From: Thermoanaerobaculia bacterium
Lineage (GTDB): Bacteria > Acidobacteriota > Thermoanaerobaculia > UBA5066
Direction: 5' to 3'
Length of the DNA: 64,000 bases
NCBI GenBank assembly: GCA_963816185.1
Contig: CAWFJJ010000030.1
Location: 224,001-288,000, forward strand
This document shows positions 1 to 9,294 of the stretch, in pieces. Under the pieces are notes generated by a model that did no database searches, was not told the origin of the DNA, and saw only the letters and a list, made by a program, of their open reading frames with translations. The translations under genes were made by a program, and so were the position numbers. Each line of letters opens with the position of its first letter. Position 1 is the first letter of the stretch.

Positions 1-2639
1 CGGGCTCACTCTCGCATCTCCCCACGGAGATGGGTCCGGCACCCAAGCCCTTGCCCCCGAGACCTCCGTCGTCCGTCGGCCGCCTCGTCTCCTCGGGCTC
101 CCTCGACCTCGGCGCGTTTCCGCCCGGCGCCATGGTCGGCGAGCGCTACCGCGTCGTAGGCCTTCTCGGGAAGGGCGGCATGGGCGAGGTCTACCGAGCC
201 GACGACCTCAAGCTTGGGCAGGCAGTCGCGCTGAAGTTCCTCCCGAAGGCCGTCTCGGGCGACGAGGCCCTCCTCGCGCGCTTCCACGCCGAGGTGAGGC
301 TCGCGCGGCAGGTCTCGCATCCGAACGTCTGCCGCATCTACGACATCGGTGAGATCGAGGGCCGCCACTTCCTCTCGATGGAGTACGTCGACGGCGAGGA
401 CCTCGCCTCGCTTCTCAAGAGGATCGGTCACCTTCCGGTTGGCAAAGCGATCGACATCGCGCGGCAGCTCTGCGCCGGCCTGCATGCCGCGCACGAGAAG
501 GGCGTCCTCCACCGCGACCTCAAGCCCGCGAACATCATGCTCGACGGGCGTGGCCGCGTGCGCATAACGGACTTCGGCCTCGCCGTTGCGGCAGAGGAAG
601 CCGCGAACGTCGGCGAGGTCTCCGGGACGCCCGCGTACATGGCGCCCGAGCAGCTCCAGGGAAAGCCCGCATCCGTCAGAAGCGATCTTTATGCGCTGGG
701 CCTCGTTCTCTACGAGGTCGCGACCGGGAAGCGCGCCTTCGACGCGCCGACGCTCGCGGAGATGCGGCGAAAGCACGAGCAGGAGACGCCCACCGCACCG
801 TCGAACGTCCTTCCGGGTTTCGACCCGGCCGTCGAGCGCGTGATCCTGCGGTGCCTCGAGAAAGACCCACGCGCGCGGCCCTCGTCGGCTGTCCAGGTCG
901 CGGCCGCCCTCCCGGGCGGCGACCCGCTCGCCGCGGCCCTCGCGGCCGGTGAGACGCCCTCGCCGGAGATGGTGGCGGCCGCGGGTCCCGAAGGCGTGAT
1001 CCCGACCGCGAAGGCCGTGGTGCTTCTCGGCTCGGTCGTCGTTCTCCTCGGCACCGGCATCGCGCTGACGCGCTGGGGCACCACGCTCGGACTCACTCCG
1101 CTCCCCAAGCCGCCCGACGTCCTCGAGGAGCGCGCCCGCGAGGTGGCGCGGCACCTCGGCTGGACGGATCCGCCCGTCGATTCAGCGCGCAGCTTCTATC
1201 GCGATTACGCCTACCTGAGATACCTCGCCCGGACCGGGAAGCCGGGATGGGCGCGCGACCTCGCGGCCGGCTGGTGGAAGCCCGCGTTCTTCGAGTACCG
1301 GCAGAGTCCGCGGCCGCTCATCCCCGCCAATGGCGACGCGATCGTCGAGCCATCGGACCCTCCCTTCGACGTGACCGGGATGGTCACGGTCGATCTCGAT
1401 CCTGAAGGCCGGCTGCGCTCGTTCGCCGCGGTGCCCCCGCAGGGAGTCCTCTCCGCGACGCCCGCCACCGTCTCGCCCGACTGGAACGCGGCTATGGCCG
1501 ACGCCGGCCTCGACGCGAAGGCCTTCGCTCCGGGCGAGCCCGCGTGGTACCCGAAAGTCCCCTTCGACGCCATCGCGGGGTTCTCGGGTCCGATGCCGGG
1601 CGGCGGTCCGACGCTGAGGGTCGTCGCGGCGACCTTCCGCGGGCGCGTCGTTTCGTTCGAGATCGTCGCGCCGTGGAGCGAGCCCTCGCGCGACACACCT
1701 CGGCCCGTGGCGCTTCGCGAGAAGCTCGCGAGCCTCCTGTTCTTCACGACCGTCCTCGCGGTCGCGATCGCCGCCGCGTGGTTCGCCCGGCGCAACGCGA
1801 GGCTCGGTCGCGGCGACCGGCGAGGGGCGGCCCGCATCGCCGGCGCCGTGTTCCTCGCGTGTGTCGCGTCAGCGGTGTTTTCCGTGCATCCGGCCGCGCT
1901 CGGGAACCTGAATCCGCTGGTGCCGCTGGCGCCAATTCTCTTCGTCCCGACGGGTCTCGGCGGGCTCGTCTGGATCCTCTATCTCGGCTTCGAACCTTAC
2001 TTTCGGCGCCGCTATCCAGACCTGCTCGTGTCGTGGACGCGCCTCGTCGGAGCGCGTTTCGGCGATCCGCTCGTGGGACGCGACCTGCTCGGCGGCCTCC
2101 TGCTCGGCTGCGCGTCGTTCCTGGTTCTCGTCGCCATGAAAACGGCGCCGTCATTCTTGGCGTCGGGCGGCGAGACGCCCCTGTATTTCGACGAGTTCTC
2201 GCTCGCCGGAATCCAGGGGGTCGCGGCCTCGCTGGGAGGCCGGCTCGTCGATACGCTCATGCAGACCGTGTACGGACCGGCGATCCTCTTCGTCGGGACG
2301 CTGATCCTGCGTCGGAAGGTCTTCGGGGCCGCTCTCCTCTGGGGCCTCTCGTTCGCGATCGCGGCCGGCCGCGAGAACACCCTCCTCGAGGTTCCGGCCG
2401 CCGCGCTCATCGCCAGCCTGCTCGTCGCCGCCCTCCTGCGGTTCGGTCTCCTGGGCTTCGGCGCGTTCGCACTGACCCGGAACCTGCTCGCGGGCGCGCC
2501 CCTCACGCTCGACTTCTCTCTCTGGTACGCGGGTTACGGGCTCTTCTTCGTGCTGCTCGTTCTCGCCCTCGCCGCGTGGGGCTTCTGGGCCGCGCGCGGC
2601 GGCGGAACCCTGATCCCGGAAACCGCTCTCGACGGCTGA
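1..2639 (+). CDS. Membrane-bound Hanks-type Ser/Thr protein kinase, 5'-partial (copy 1)
   Basis: Kinase motifs GKGGMGEV, VALK, HRDLKPAN, DFG and APE, then an extracytoplasmic loop and multiple TM helices. The frame is open upstream of the ATG at 30 (GSLSHLPTEM matches the paralog), so the gene starts before the window. Confidence 0.92.
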   Translation, partial: GSLSHLPTEMGPAPKPLPPRPPSSVGRLVSSGSLDLGAFPPGAMVGERYRVVGLLGKGGMGEVYRADDLKLGQAVALKFLPKAVSGDEALLARFHAEVRLARQVSHPNVCRIYDIGEIEGRHFLSMEYVDGEDLASLLKRIGHLPVGKAIDIARQLCAGLHAAHEKGVLHRDLKPANIMLDGRGRVRITDFGLAVAAEEAANVGEVSGTPAYMAPEQLQGKPASVRSDLYALGLVLYEVATGKRAFDAPTLAEMRRKHEQETPTAPSNVLPGFDPAVERVILRCLEKDPRARPSSAVQVAAALPGGDPLAAALAAGETPSPEMVAAAGPEGVIPTAKAVVLLGSVVVLLGTGIALTRWGTTLGLTPLPKPPDVLEERAREVARHLGWTDPPVDSARSFYRDYAYLRYLARTGKPGWARDLAAGWWKPAFFEYRQSPRPLIPANGDAIVEPSDPPFDVTGMVTVDLDPEGRLRSFAAVPPQGVLSATPATVSPDWNAAMADAGLDAKAFAPGEPAWYPKVPFDAIAGFSGPMPGGGPTLRVVAATFRGRVVSFEIVAPWSEPSRDTPRPVALREKLASLLFFTTVLAVAIAAAWFARRNARLGRGDRRGAARIAGAVFLACVASAVFSVHPAALGNLNPLVPLAPILFVPTGLGGLVWILYLGFEPYFRRRYPDLLVSWTRLVGARFGDPLVGRDLLGGLLLGCASFLVLVAMKTAPSFLASGGETPLYFDEFSLAGIQGVAASLGGRLVDTLMQTVYGPAILFVGTLILRRKVFGAALLWGLSFAIAAGRENTLLEVPAAALIASLLVAALLRFGLLGFGAFALTRNLLAGAPLTLDFSLWYAGYGLFFVLLVLALAAWGFWAARGGGTLIPETALDG

Positions 2640-2644
2640 CGACG

Positions 2645-3070
2645 TCAGTCCCCCACGTGGATCTTGACGTCGTGCGGCGAAGGATGCCCGTCCGACTTCT
2701 CGAGCAGGTCCTTCAGGCTCATGAGGAACACCGCCCACTTCGTCGAGCAGTGGTGCATGAATTCGACGGGTTTCTTCCAGTCCGCATGCTTGAAGAGTAT
2801 AAAAGTCTGTCCGTCCTTCCAGGAGAGGTCGAACGTCACCCGGGTCCCGACCCACTCCGGGGGGCCGCTCACGCAGCGCCATTTCACGCGTTTCTTCGTG
2901 GCCTCGAGGACCTTCATCTTGCAGAACCCGAAGTCGATCGTCCCGCCTTTCCTTGCGTCTCCCTGGGTCCCGGAGACCCACCATCCCCTGAGGCCTTCGA
3001 TCGTCGCGAGCGTCTTGAAGACGGCCTCGGGCTTCGCATCGACCCCGACTCGGTGAAGAATGTCCGGCAT
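2645..3070 (-). CDS. SRPBCC/AHSA1-like domain protein
   Basis: 141 aa with PEAVFKTLAT..GLRGWW and FKHADW...CSTKW motifs; third gene of the ArsR operon. Confidence 0.85.
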   Translation of the reverse strand: MPDILHRVGVDAKPEAVFKTLATIEGLRGWWVSGTQGDARKGGTIDFGFCKMKVLEATKKRVKWRCVSGPPEWVGTRVTFDLSWKDGQTFILFKHADWKKPVEFMHHCSTKWAVFLMSLKDLLEKSDGHPSPHDVKIHVGD

Positions 3071-3107
3071 GTGCCCTCCTCCTGCTTCGTGAGCCTGTGT
3101 TTCGTAT

Positions 3108-3557
3108 TCAGCGCCCGGCCCAGGTTTTCAGGGGGCGCCCGGTCTCGAGCAGGGATTTCAGGCTGGACAGCACGCGCGGCCAGCCCTGTGTGATCTTCCG
3201 GTGCATGTCCGAACCCGCCTCCAGGTCATCGTGCGTCACGGTCAGGCGCACCATGTCGGACACAGGCTCGATCTCGAACGTCACGCGCGAGCGGCGGTCC
3301 CGGCGCCCGCGGTCCCGCGGCTCACCCCAGGTGATGACCAGCCTTCGCGGCGGTTCCGCTTCGAGCACCTCGCCGAGCAGATCTACCGTGCGTGCCGCGT
3401 CGACACGCCGGTGCTCCCAAGGAGAGCCCGGCTTCCAGTCGGAGACGTTCTCGTGATCCCAGTACTGGCGCGTGAACTCGCCGTCCAAGAGGGCCTTCCA
3501 GACCGTCTCCGGCCGCGAGGCGATATAGGTCACGTAGAGAAACGTCGCCTTACCCAT
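3108..3557 (-). CDS. SRPBCC/AHSA1-like domain protein
   Basis: YVTYIASRPETVWKAL, GEVLEAEPPRRLVITW and GWPRVLSSLKSLLETG are typical AHSA1-like motifs. Confidence 0.88.
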   Translation of the reverse strand: MGKATFLYVTYIASRPETVWKALLDGEFTRQYWDHENVSDWKPGSPWEHRRVDAARTVDLLGEVLEAEPPRRLVITWGEPRDRGRRDRRSRVTFEIEPVSDMVRLTVTHDDLEAGSDMHRKITQGWPRVLSSLKSLLETGRPLKTWAGR

Positions 3558-3891
3558 CGTGCGTCCCTTCGAGGCGCCTCTTCAGGTCGCGTATCGCCTT
3601 GAGGCGCGACCGCTCGAATCGCGCGATCCAGCGGTCGTAGATTTCCTGCAGCGGCACCGGGTTGAGGAAGTGGAGCTTCTCGCGTCCCCGCCGCGTCGTG
3701 GCAACGAGGTTGGCGGCCTCCAGGACGTCCAGGTGCTGAGTGACCGCCTGGCGGCTCATGTCGAGGTGCTCGCAGAGATCGCTCAGCGTCTGACCGTCGT
3801 TCGCGTTCAGGAGGTCGAGCAGCTTCCGACGGCTCCGGTCGGCAAGCGCCTTGAAGACGTGATCCGTGTCGTTCGTCCAGGTTCCCGGCAC
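3550..3891 (-). CDS. ArsR/SmtB-family HTH transcriptional repressor
   Basis: VFKALADRSRRKLL...SRQAVTQHLDVLEAANLV...GREK. The start is moved to GTG 3891 because the ORF-track start at 3912 lies inside the promoter. Confidence 0.9.
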   Translation of the reverse strand: MPGTWTNDTDHVFKALADRSRRKLLDLLNANDGQTLSDLCEHLDMSRQAVTQHLDVLEAANLVATTRRGREKLHFLNPVPLQEIYDRWIARFERSRLKAIRDLKRRLEGTHDG

Positions 3892-3897
3892 GCGCGG

Positions 3898-3927
3898 ATA
3901 ATAGGCAAGCATTTACTTGCATGTCAA
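3898..3927 (-). promoter_or_regulatory. Sigma70 promoter with overlapping ArsR operator
   Basis: Minus strand TTGACA (3927-3922), 18-nt spacer, TATTAT (3903-3898). The spacer holds the inverted repeat GCAAG-N6-CTTGC (3905-3920). Confidence 0.75.
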
Positions 3928-3973
3928 GACGCGTGACGCCCCCCATTGAGATAGCATCTCGACACAGCACACG

Positions 3974-6676
3974 ATGCGATGCCCCCGCTGCGACGCCGAG
4001 TTGCCGGAGTCCGGCCGCTTTTGTCCGGCGTGCGGGCAGCCTGTGTCCGGCTCGCTTTCACGCCTTCCGACCGAGATGGGCTCGGCGCCCAAGCCCGCGC
4101 CGCCGAGGACGCCGTCGTCCGTCGGACGCCTCGTCTCCTCCGGCTCGGTCGATCTCGGCGCGTTTCCGCCCGGCGCGATGCTGGGCGAGCGGTACCGCAT
4201 CGTGGGGCTCCTCGGCAAGGGCGGCATGGGCGAGGTCTATCGCGCGGACGATCTCAAGCTCGGCCAGGCCGTCGCGCTGAAGTTCCTCCCAAAGGCCGTC
4301 TCGACGGACGAGGCGCTCCTCGCGCGCTTCCACGCGGAGGTGCGCCTCGCGCGCCAGGTCTCGCATCCGAACGTCTGCCGCATCTACGACATCGGCGAGG
4401 TCGAGGGCCGCCATTTCCTCTCGATGGAGTACGTGGACGGCGAGGACCTCGCGTCCCTCCTCAAGAGGATCGGCCATCTTCCGGTCGACAAGACGGTCGA
4501 CATCGCGCGCCAGCTCTGCGCGGGCCTTCACGCCGCGCACGAGAAGGGCGTTCTTCATCGCGATCTGAAGCCCGCGAACGTCATGCTCGACGGGCGCGGG
4601 CGCGTGAGGATCACCGACTTCGGCCTCGCCGTCGCGGCCGAGGAGGCCGGGAACGTCGGCGAGGTCTCGGGAACTCCCGCCTATATGGCGCCCGAGCAGC
4701 TCGCGGGAAAACCTGCATCCGTCAGGAGCGATCTCTACGCGCTCGGCCTCGTCCTCTACGAGGTCGCGACGGGCAAGCGCGCGTTCGACGCGCCGACGCT
4801 CGCCGAGATGAAACGCAAGCACGAGCAGGAGACGCCGACGGCACCGTCGAACGTCCTCGCTGGCTTCGATCCCGCCGTCGAGCGCGTGATCCTGCGCTGT
4901 CTCGAGAAGGACCCGCGCGCGCGGCCGTCTTCGGCCGTGCAAGTCGCAGGAGCCTTGCCCGGCGGCGACCCCCTCGCCGCCGCCCTCGCCGCCGGCGAGA
5001 CGCCCTCGCCCGAGATGGTCGCCGCCGCGGGCCACGACCGGGCGATCCCGACGGCGCGGGCCGCCGCGCTCCTCGGCGGCGTCGTCGTCCTCCTCGGTCT
5101 CGGCCTCGTGCTGACGCGCTGGGGCACCGACCTCGGCCTCTCTCCGTTGCCGAAGCCGCCTGACGCGCTCGAGGAGCGCGCGAGAGAGGTGGCGCGGCGC
5201 CTCGGCTGGGAGGACCCCCCGGCCGATTCGGCGCGCGGGTTTGCCCGCGACTATGCGTATCTCAGCCACCTCGCCCGGACCGCGAAGCCGGGATGGGCCA
5301 GCGATCTCGCGGCCGGCTGGTGGAAGCCGGCGGAGTTCGCGTACCGGCAGAGCCCGCGCCCGCTCCTTCCCGCGAATTCCCAGGGCGAGGTGACGCAGTC
5401 CGATCCGCCGCTCGAGGTGACCGGGATGTTCACGGTCGTCCTCGATCCGGAGGGGCGTCTCCGTTCGTTCGTCGCCGTGCCTCCGCAGTCTCTCCTCAAG
5501 GCGCCCACGGCCCCTCCTCCCGACTGGAACGCGCTGCTCTCCGAAGCCGGGCTCGACGCGAAGACTTTCGTCGCGTCCGATCCCGTCTGGCTCCCCCGCG
5601 TCCCGTTCGACTCGATCGCCGGGTTCTCCGGGCCCATGCCTGGAGATACCGGCGTAACGCTGCGGGTCGTCGCGGCAGCTCTCCGCGGCCGGATCGTCTC
5701 CTTCCAGATCGTGGCGCCGTGGAGCGAGCCGGCTCGTGACACCCCTCGGCCCGTCGCGTTTCGGGCACGCCTCGGGCAGGTCGCCTTCTTCGGCGGCGTG
5801 CTGTCCGTCGTCGCCGCGGCCGCCTGGTTCGCGCGGCGCAACGCCCGCCTCGGCCGGGGCGACCGCCGCGGAGCCGCACGCCTCGGAGGCGGCGTCTTCG
5901 TCGTGGCGTTCGCCTACGGAATCCTCGCCCTCCATCCGGCTCTGTTCGGAACCAATCAGTCGCTCGCCACAATCCTCTTCATTCCGGCGGGGCTTGCGGG
6001 AATCGCCTGGACCCTCTACCTGGCCTTCGAGCCTTACTTCCGGCGGCATTACCCGGATCTCCTCGTCTCGTGGTCGCGCCTCCTGGGAGGGCGCTTCGGC
6101 GATCCCCTCGTCGGGCGAGATCTTCTCGGCGGCCTGCTTCTCGGTTGCGCCTCATTCCTCCTCCTCGTCGCCGTGAACGCCGCGCCCGCCTTCGTCGCGT
6201 CAGGGGGTCAGACGCCGGTCTACTTCGACGCGGACACGCTCGGCGGGGTCCGGAGCGTCGTCGCGAACCTCGCGGGCCGCCTCGTCGCCACGCTGATGCA
6301 GACGCTCCTCTCCACGGCGACCCTCTTCGTCGGGACTCTCGTCCTGCGGCGCCGGCCTCTGGCAATCGCCTTCCTGTGGGCGCTCATCTTCGCGTTCAAC
6401 ACGGGACGGGAGAACCCCGTTCTCGAGATCCCGGGCTATGCGATCGCGGCGGCGCTCGTCGTCCTCGCCCTCCTCCGCTTCGGCTTCGTGGGCCTCGGGG
6501 CGCTCTTCGTCGTCCTGAACATGCTCACGAGCGTGCCTCTCACGCTCGACTTCTCGGCCTGGTACGCGGGCTACGGCCTCTTCTTCGTGCTGATCGTTCT
6601 CGCGCTCGCGGCCTGGGGCTTCTGGGCCGCGCGAGGGGGAGGTTCGCTGATCTCGGAGGCCGCCCTCGATGACTGA
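3974..6676 (+). CDS. Membrane-bound Ser/Thr protein kinase with N-terminal zinc ribbon (copy 2)
   Basis: CPRC..CPAC zinc ribbon, a kinase domain nearly identical to copy 1, and a multi-TM C-terminus. Confidence 0.92.
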   Translation: MRCPRCDAELPESGRFCPACGQPVSGSLSRLPTEMGSAPKPAPPRTPSSVGRLVSSGSVDLGAFPPGAMLGERYRIVGLLGKGGMGEVYRADDLKLGQAVALKFLPKAVSTDEALLARFHAEVRLARQVSHPNVCRIYDIGEVEGRHFLSMEYVDGEDLASLLKRIGHLPVDKTVDIARQLCAGLHAAHEKGVLHRDLKPANVMLDGRGRVRITDFGLAVAAEEAGNVGEVSGTPAYMAPEQLAGKPASVRSDLYALGLVLYEVATGKRAFDAPTLAEMKRKHEQETPTAPSNVLAGFDPAVERVILRCLEKDPRARPSSAVQVAGALPGGDPLAAALAAGETPSPEMVAAAGHDRAIPTARAAALLGGVVVLLGLGLVLTRWGTDLGLSPLPKPPDALEERAREVARRLGWEDPPADSARGFARDYAYLSHLARTAKPGWASDLAAGWWKPAEFAYRQSPRPLLPANSQGEVTQSDPPLEVTGMFTVVLDPEGRLRSFVAVPPQSLLKAPTAPPPDWNALLSEAGLDAKTFVASDPVWLPRVPFDSIAGFSGPMPGDTGVTLRVVAAALRGRIVSFQIVAPWSEPARDTPRPVAFRARLGQVAFFGGVLSVVAAAAWFARRNARLGRGDRRGAARLGGGVFVVAFAYGILALHPALFGTNQSLATILFIPAGLAGIAWTLYLAFEPYFRRHYPDLLVSWSRLLGGRFGDPLVGRDLLGGLLLGCASFLLLVAVNAAPAFVASGGQTPVYFDADTLGGVRSVVANLAGRLVATLMQTLLSTATLFVGTLVLRRRPLAIAFLWALIFAFNTGRENPVLEIPGYAIAAALVVLALLRFGFVGLGALFVVLNMLTSVPLTLDFSAWYAGYGLFFVLIVLALAAWGFWAARGGGSLISEAALDD

Positions 6677-7292
6677 TTCGGCAAAGAACTTGCTCCGCAG
6701 ATGGCGGAGGGCTCCGACTGTGAATTTTTCCAGAAAGACTCTTCTTGTGTTCGGCGTTGCGCACGTGCTCTTTGCCGCACGGTCCGCCCAAGCCCAGTTC
6801 TCTCTCGGCGGCCATGCTTCGTACACGAAGGCCACAGGGGCCGACGGCACCTGGGCCGGCGGCGCCCAGCTCAGGCTGCGCTTTCCGGGGCCGCTCGGAC
6901 TCGAAGGTCTCGTCGACTATCGCCGTACGACGTACAGCGCCGGCGGCGAGGACGTCCTCCGCATCGAGCAGTATCCCGTGCAGGCCTCGCTCATGCTCTT
7001 CATCCTGCCTGGCCAGGTCCAGCCTTACGTCCTCGGCGGCGGCGGCTGGTACTACACGAGGTCGACGTTCCTGGGACCGCAGTCGGCGCTCGGCTCCGAC
7101 ACCCAGCACAAGTTCGGCGGGCACGTGGGCGGCGGTGTCGAACTCGGAGCGAGAGCGAAAGTGTCACTTCACGTCGACGTCCGCTACGTTTTCCTGGGCG
7201 TGGACTCCGTCGACGCGATCCGCGACCGGTACCACAACAACCCGAAAGCCGACTTCTGGCACGGCACGGCCGGCCTCAACTTCAAGTTCTAG
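6669..7292 (+). CDS. Small outer-membrane beta-barrel protein (OmpA/OmpW-like)
   Basis: Signal-like segment, amphipathic strands (QPYVLGGGGWY, HVDVRYVF) and C-terminal Phe (GLNFKF). The true start may be the GTG near 6720. Confidence 0.78.
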   Translation: MTDSAKNLLRRWRRAPTVNFSRKTLLVFGVAHVLFAARSAQAQFSLGGHASYTKATGADGTWAGGAQLRLRFPGPLGLEGLVDYRRTTYSAGGEDVLRIEQYPVQASLMLFILPGQVQPYVLGGGGWYYTRSTFLGPQSALGSDTQHKFGGHVGGGVELGARAKVSLHVDVRYVFLGVDSVDAIRDRYHNNPKADFWHGTAGLNFKF

Positions 7293-7752
7293 GAGACTCC
7301 TTTTTCCGTACCCAGAGCCGCTTCGTCACGCGTGCGACGACCTCGGCATCAATCTCCGCGACGATCTCAGTCATGAAGACCGGCTCGACCTTCTCGCCGC
7401 GGTCGGCGGCGGCGCGGATCTCGTCGATCTTCTCCGGCGGGACGTGGAATGTCGCCTTGACCGCGCCGCGGCCCGGCCTCAGGAACTCGATCGTCGCGGC
7501 CTTGTCCCAGACGATGTAGCCCGGGCCGAGGTTCCTCATCACGATGAAGACGAAGTGCGGATCGCACATCGAGTAAAGCGAGCCGCCGAACTGCGTGCCG
7601 AAAAGATTCTTGTTCCACCAGTGGAGGCCCAGGCGCACGACGATCCGGTGCGGGTCGTCCTTCGGGTACGACGCGCGGATTCCCGCGGCGAGGTACGGTG
7701 GGTAGAGACTCACCAGCCTCATCAGGAGGCGCTGGCGGAGCGTCAGCATCAA
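7282..7752 (-). CDS. Hot-dog fold thioesterase-like protein (DUF4442/YiiD-like)
   Basis: YPPYLAAGIR, NKNLFGTQFGGSLYSMCDP and WDKAATIEFLRPG motifs. Confidence 0.8.
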   Translation of the reverse strand: MMLTLRQRLLMRLVSLYPPYLAAGIRASYPKDDPHRIVVRLGLHWWNKNLFGTQFGGSLYSMCDPHFVFIVMRNLGPGYIVWDKAATIEFLRPGRGAVKATFHVPPEKIDEIRAAADRGEKVEPVFMTEIVAEIDAEVVARVTKRLWVRKKESPRT

Positions 7753-9152
7753 TTTGCGACGAGCGCCACGACGCGCAGCGGGCCGCCGGAGCCGCCGCCG
7801 ATCTTCATTGGCAACGCAATGAGCCAGGCGCCCGTCTCTGGTAGCTCGCCGAGGTTCGTGAGGTTCTCGAGTCCCGGCATCCGCGCGGCGGAAACGATGC
7901 GGTGGACCGGAAAGTCTGCCGACGGTCCGTAGTCGATGGAGGCCGTGTCGACACCGATCGCCGCGACTCCGACTTTCACGAGCAGCTCCGCAACTTCCTT
8001 TCCGTACGAGGGAAAGTGGAGGTGCGAAGCATCGTTCGGCGTGTCGTCACCGAAATACCGCTTGCGGTCCGGCCAGCGCACGGACCACCCGGTGCGGAGG
8101 AGGACGATCGAGCCGCGCGGGATTGCGCCGTGCGCCGCCTCCCACTCCTTCACGTCCGCCGCCGTGAGCCGGTAATCTGGGTCTTTCGCCGCCTTTGCCG
8201 TCACGTCGAGAACGACGGCCGGAGCGATCAGCTTCCGGACCGAGACTTTTTCGAGGCTCTCCCCCGTCCCCGAGAAATGCGCCGGCGCGTCGAGATGCGT
8301 CCCTCCGTGCTCGGGCGCGCAAAACGAATTCGACGAATAGAACCAGCTGCCGGGCGTCATTCCTTTCGCGAGCGGCTTCAGCTCGAATCCCGACGGTGAC
8401 GTCGGCCAGTAGAGGGTCCGATCATCGAAGGTGTGCGTGAGGTCGACGACTTTCGCGCGCCTGAGGTTCACCTCTTCCGAGAAGGCGGCTTTCGGCACCG
8501 ACAGCGCCGCGAACGGCACGTCCAGAATCGGATAATCGAGCCAGTCCTTGTAATCGAAATGCCACCACTCGGCTGCATATTCGAAGAATCCCTCTTTCTC
8601 CATGGCCGCAGAGAGAAGAGCGCGGCGCGCGAGAGCGTCCTTCGATCCACCTTCCCACGTGACGTACGAGCGCGCCGACATCTCGTCGTAGGCCCCGCCC
8701 ATGTCGGCCTCTCGGCCTGTCGCGAGGTCGTAGAGAGACAGATCGACGGCGCAGCCCCGGTTATGCCGCGAGCCTTTCTTCGGGTCGGCGACGAAAATCT
8801 TCTTGTCGGCCGGCGTCGCATCCCAGAACGCCTTCGTGACCGACCATGGCCGGTACCCGTCGAACACGACGAGACCGTATCCCTTCTCTTTCAGCGCGCG
8901 GTTGACGCGCACGAGCGCCTCGGCCGCGGGGCGCTGGAGGAACGCGCGCGCCTCGGAGTACACCGGGCGCCCGAGCAGATTGTTTGCGGTGGCGTACCGG
9001 ACGTCGAGCCGAATGGTCGGATCGAGCAGGACAATTTCCACGAGGTCGGGTTCGCGGAACGGGCGGCCTTCCTTCGGGGGCCCCTCCTGCGCGAAGGCGG
9101 ACGCGGCGGCCAGGCCGAGGACGAGACAAAAGGAACGCGGGGATTTCATCAT
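7749..9152 (-). CDS. Secreted fusion: D-Ala-D-Ala dipeptidase (VanX/M15D) plus cyclase/kynurenine formamidase-family metallohydrolase
   Basis: Signal peptide MKSPRSFCLVLGLAAASAFA; VanX zinc motifs SRHNRGCAVD and EWWH; cyclase motif HGGTHLDAPAH; C-terminal PMKIGGGSGGPLR. Confidence 0.85.
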   Translation of the reverse strand: MMKSPRSFCLVLGLAAASAFAQEGPPKEGRPFREPDLVEIVLLDPTIRLDVRYATANNLLGRPVYSEARAFLQRPAAEALVRVNRALKEKGYGLVVFDGYRPWSVTKAFWDATPADKKIFVADPKKGSRHNRGCAVDLSLYDLATGREADMGGAYDEMSARSYVTWEGGSKDALARRALLSAAMEKEGFFEYAAEWWHFDYKDWLDYPILDVPFAALSVPKAAFSEEVNLRRAKVVDLTHTFDDRTLYWPTSPSGFELKPLAKGMTPGSWFYSSNSFCAPEHGGTHLDAPAHFSGTGESLEKVSVRKLIAPAVVLDVTAKAAKDPDYRLTAADVKEWEAAHGAIPRGSIVLLRTGWSVRWPDRKRYFGDDTPNDASHLHFPSYGKEVAELLVKVGVAAIGVDTASIDYGPSADFPVHRIVSAARMPGLENLTNLGELPETGAWLIALPMKIGGGSGGPLRVVALVAN

Positions 9153-9294
9153 CACGCCACCTCTCGGCATCCCTCTCGAGCCGGGAAACACCGCCTGTAG
9201 TTCGACTTTATCTTCGGGCACGATGGCTTTAGACTTGATTCATACAAGAGACTTCATCTTCGACCACATTCACCGAATTCCGAGGACAGGGGAC

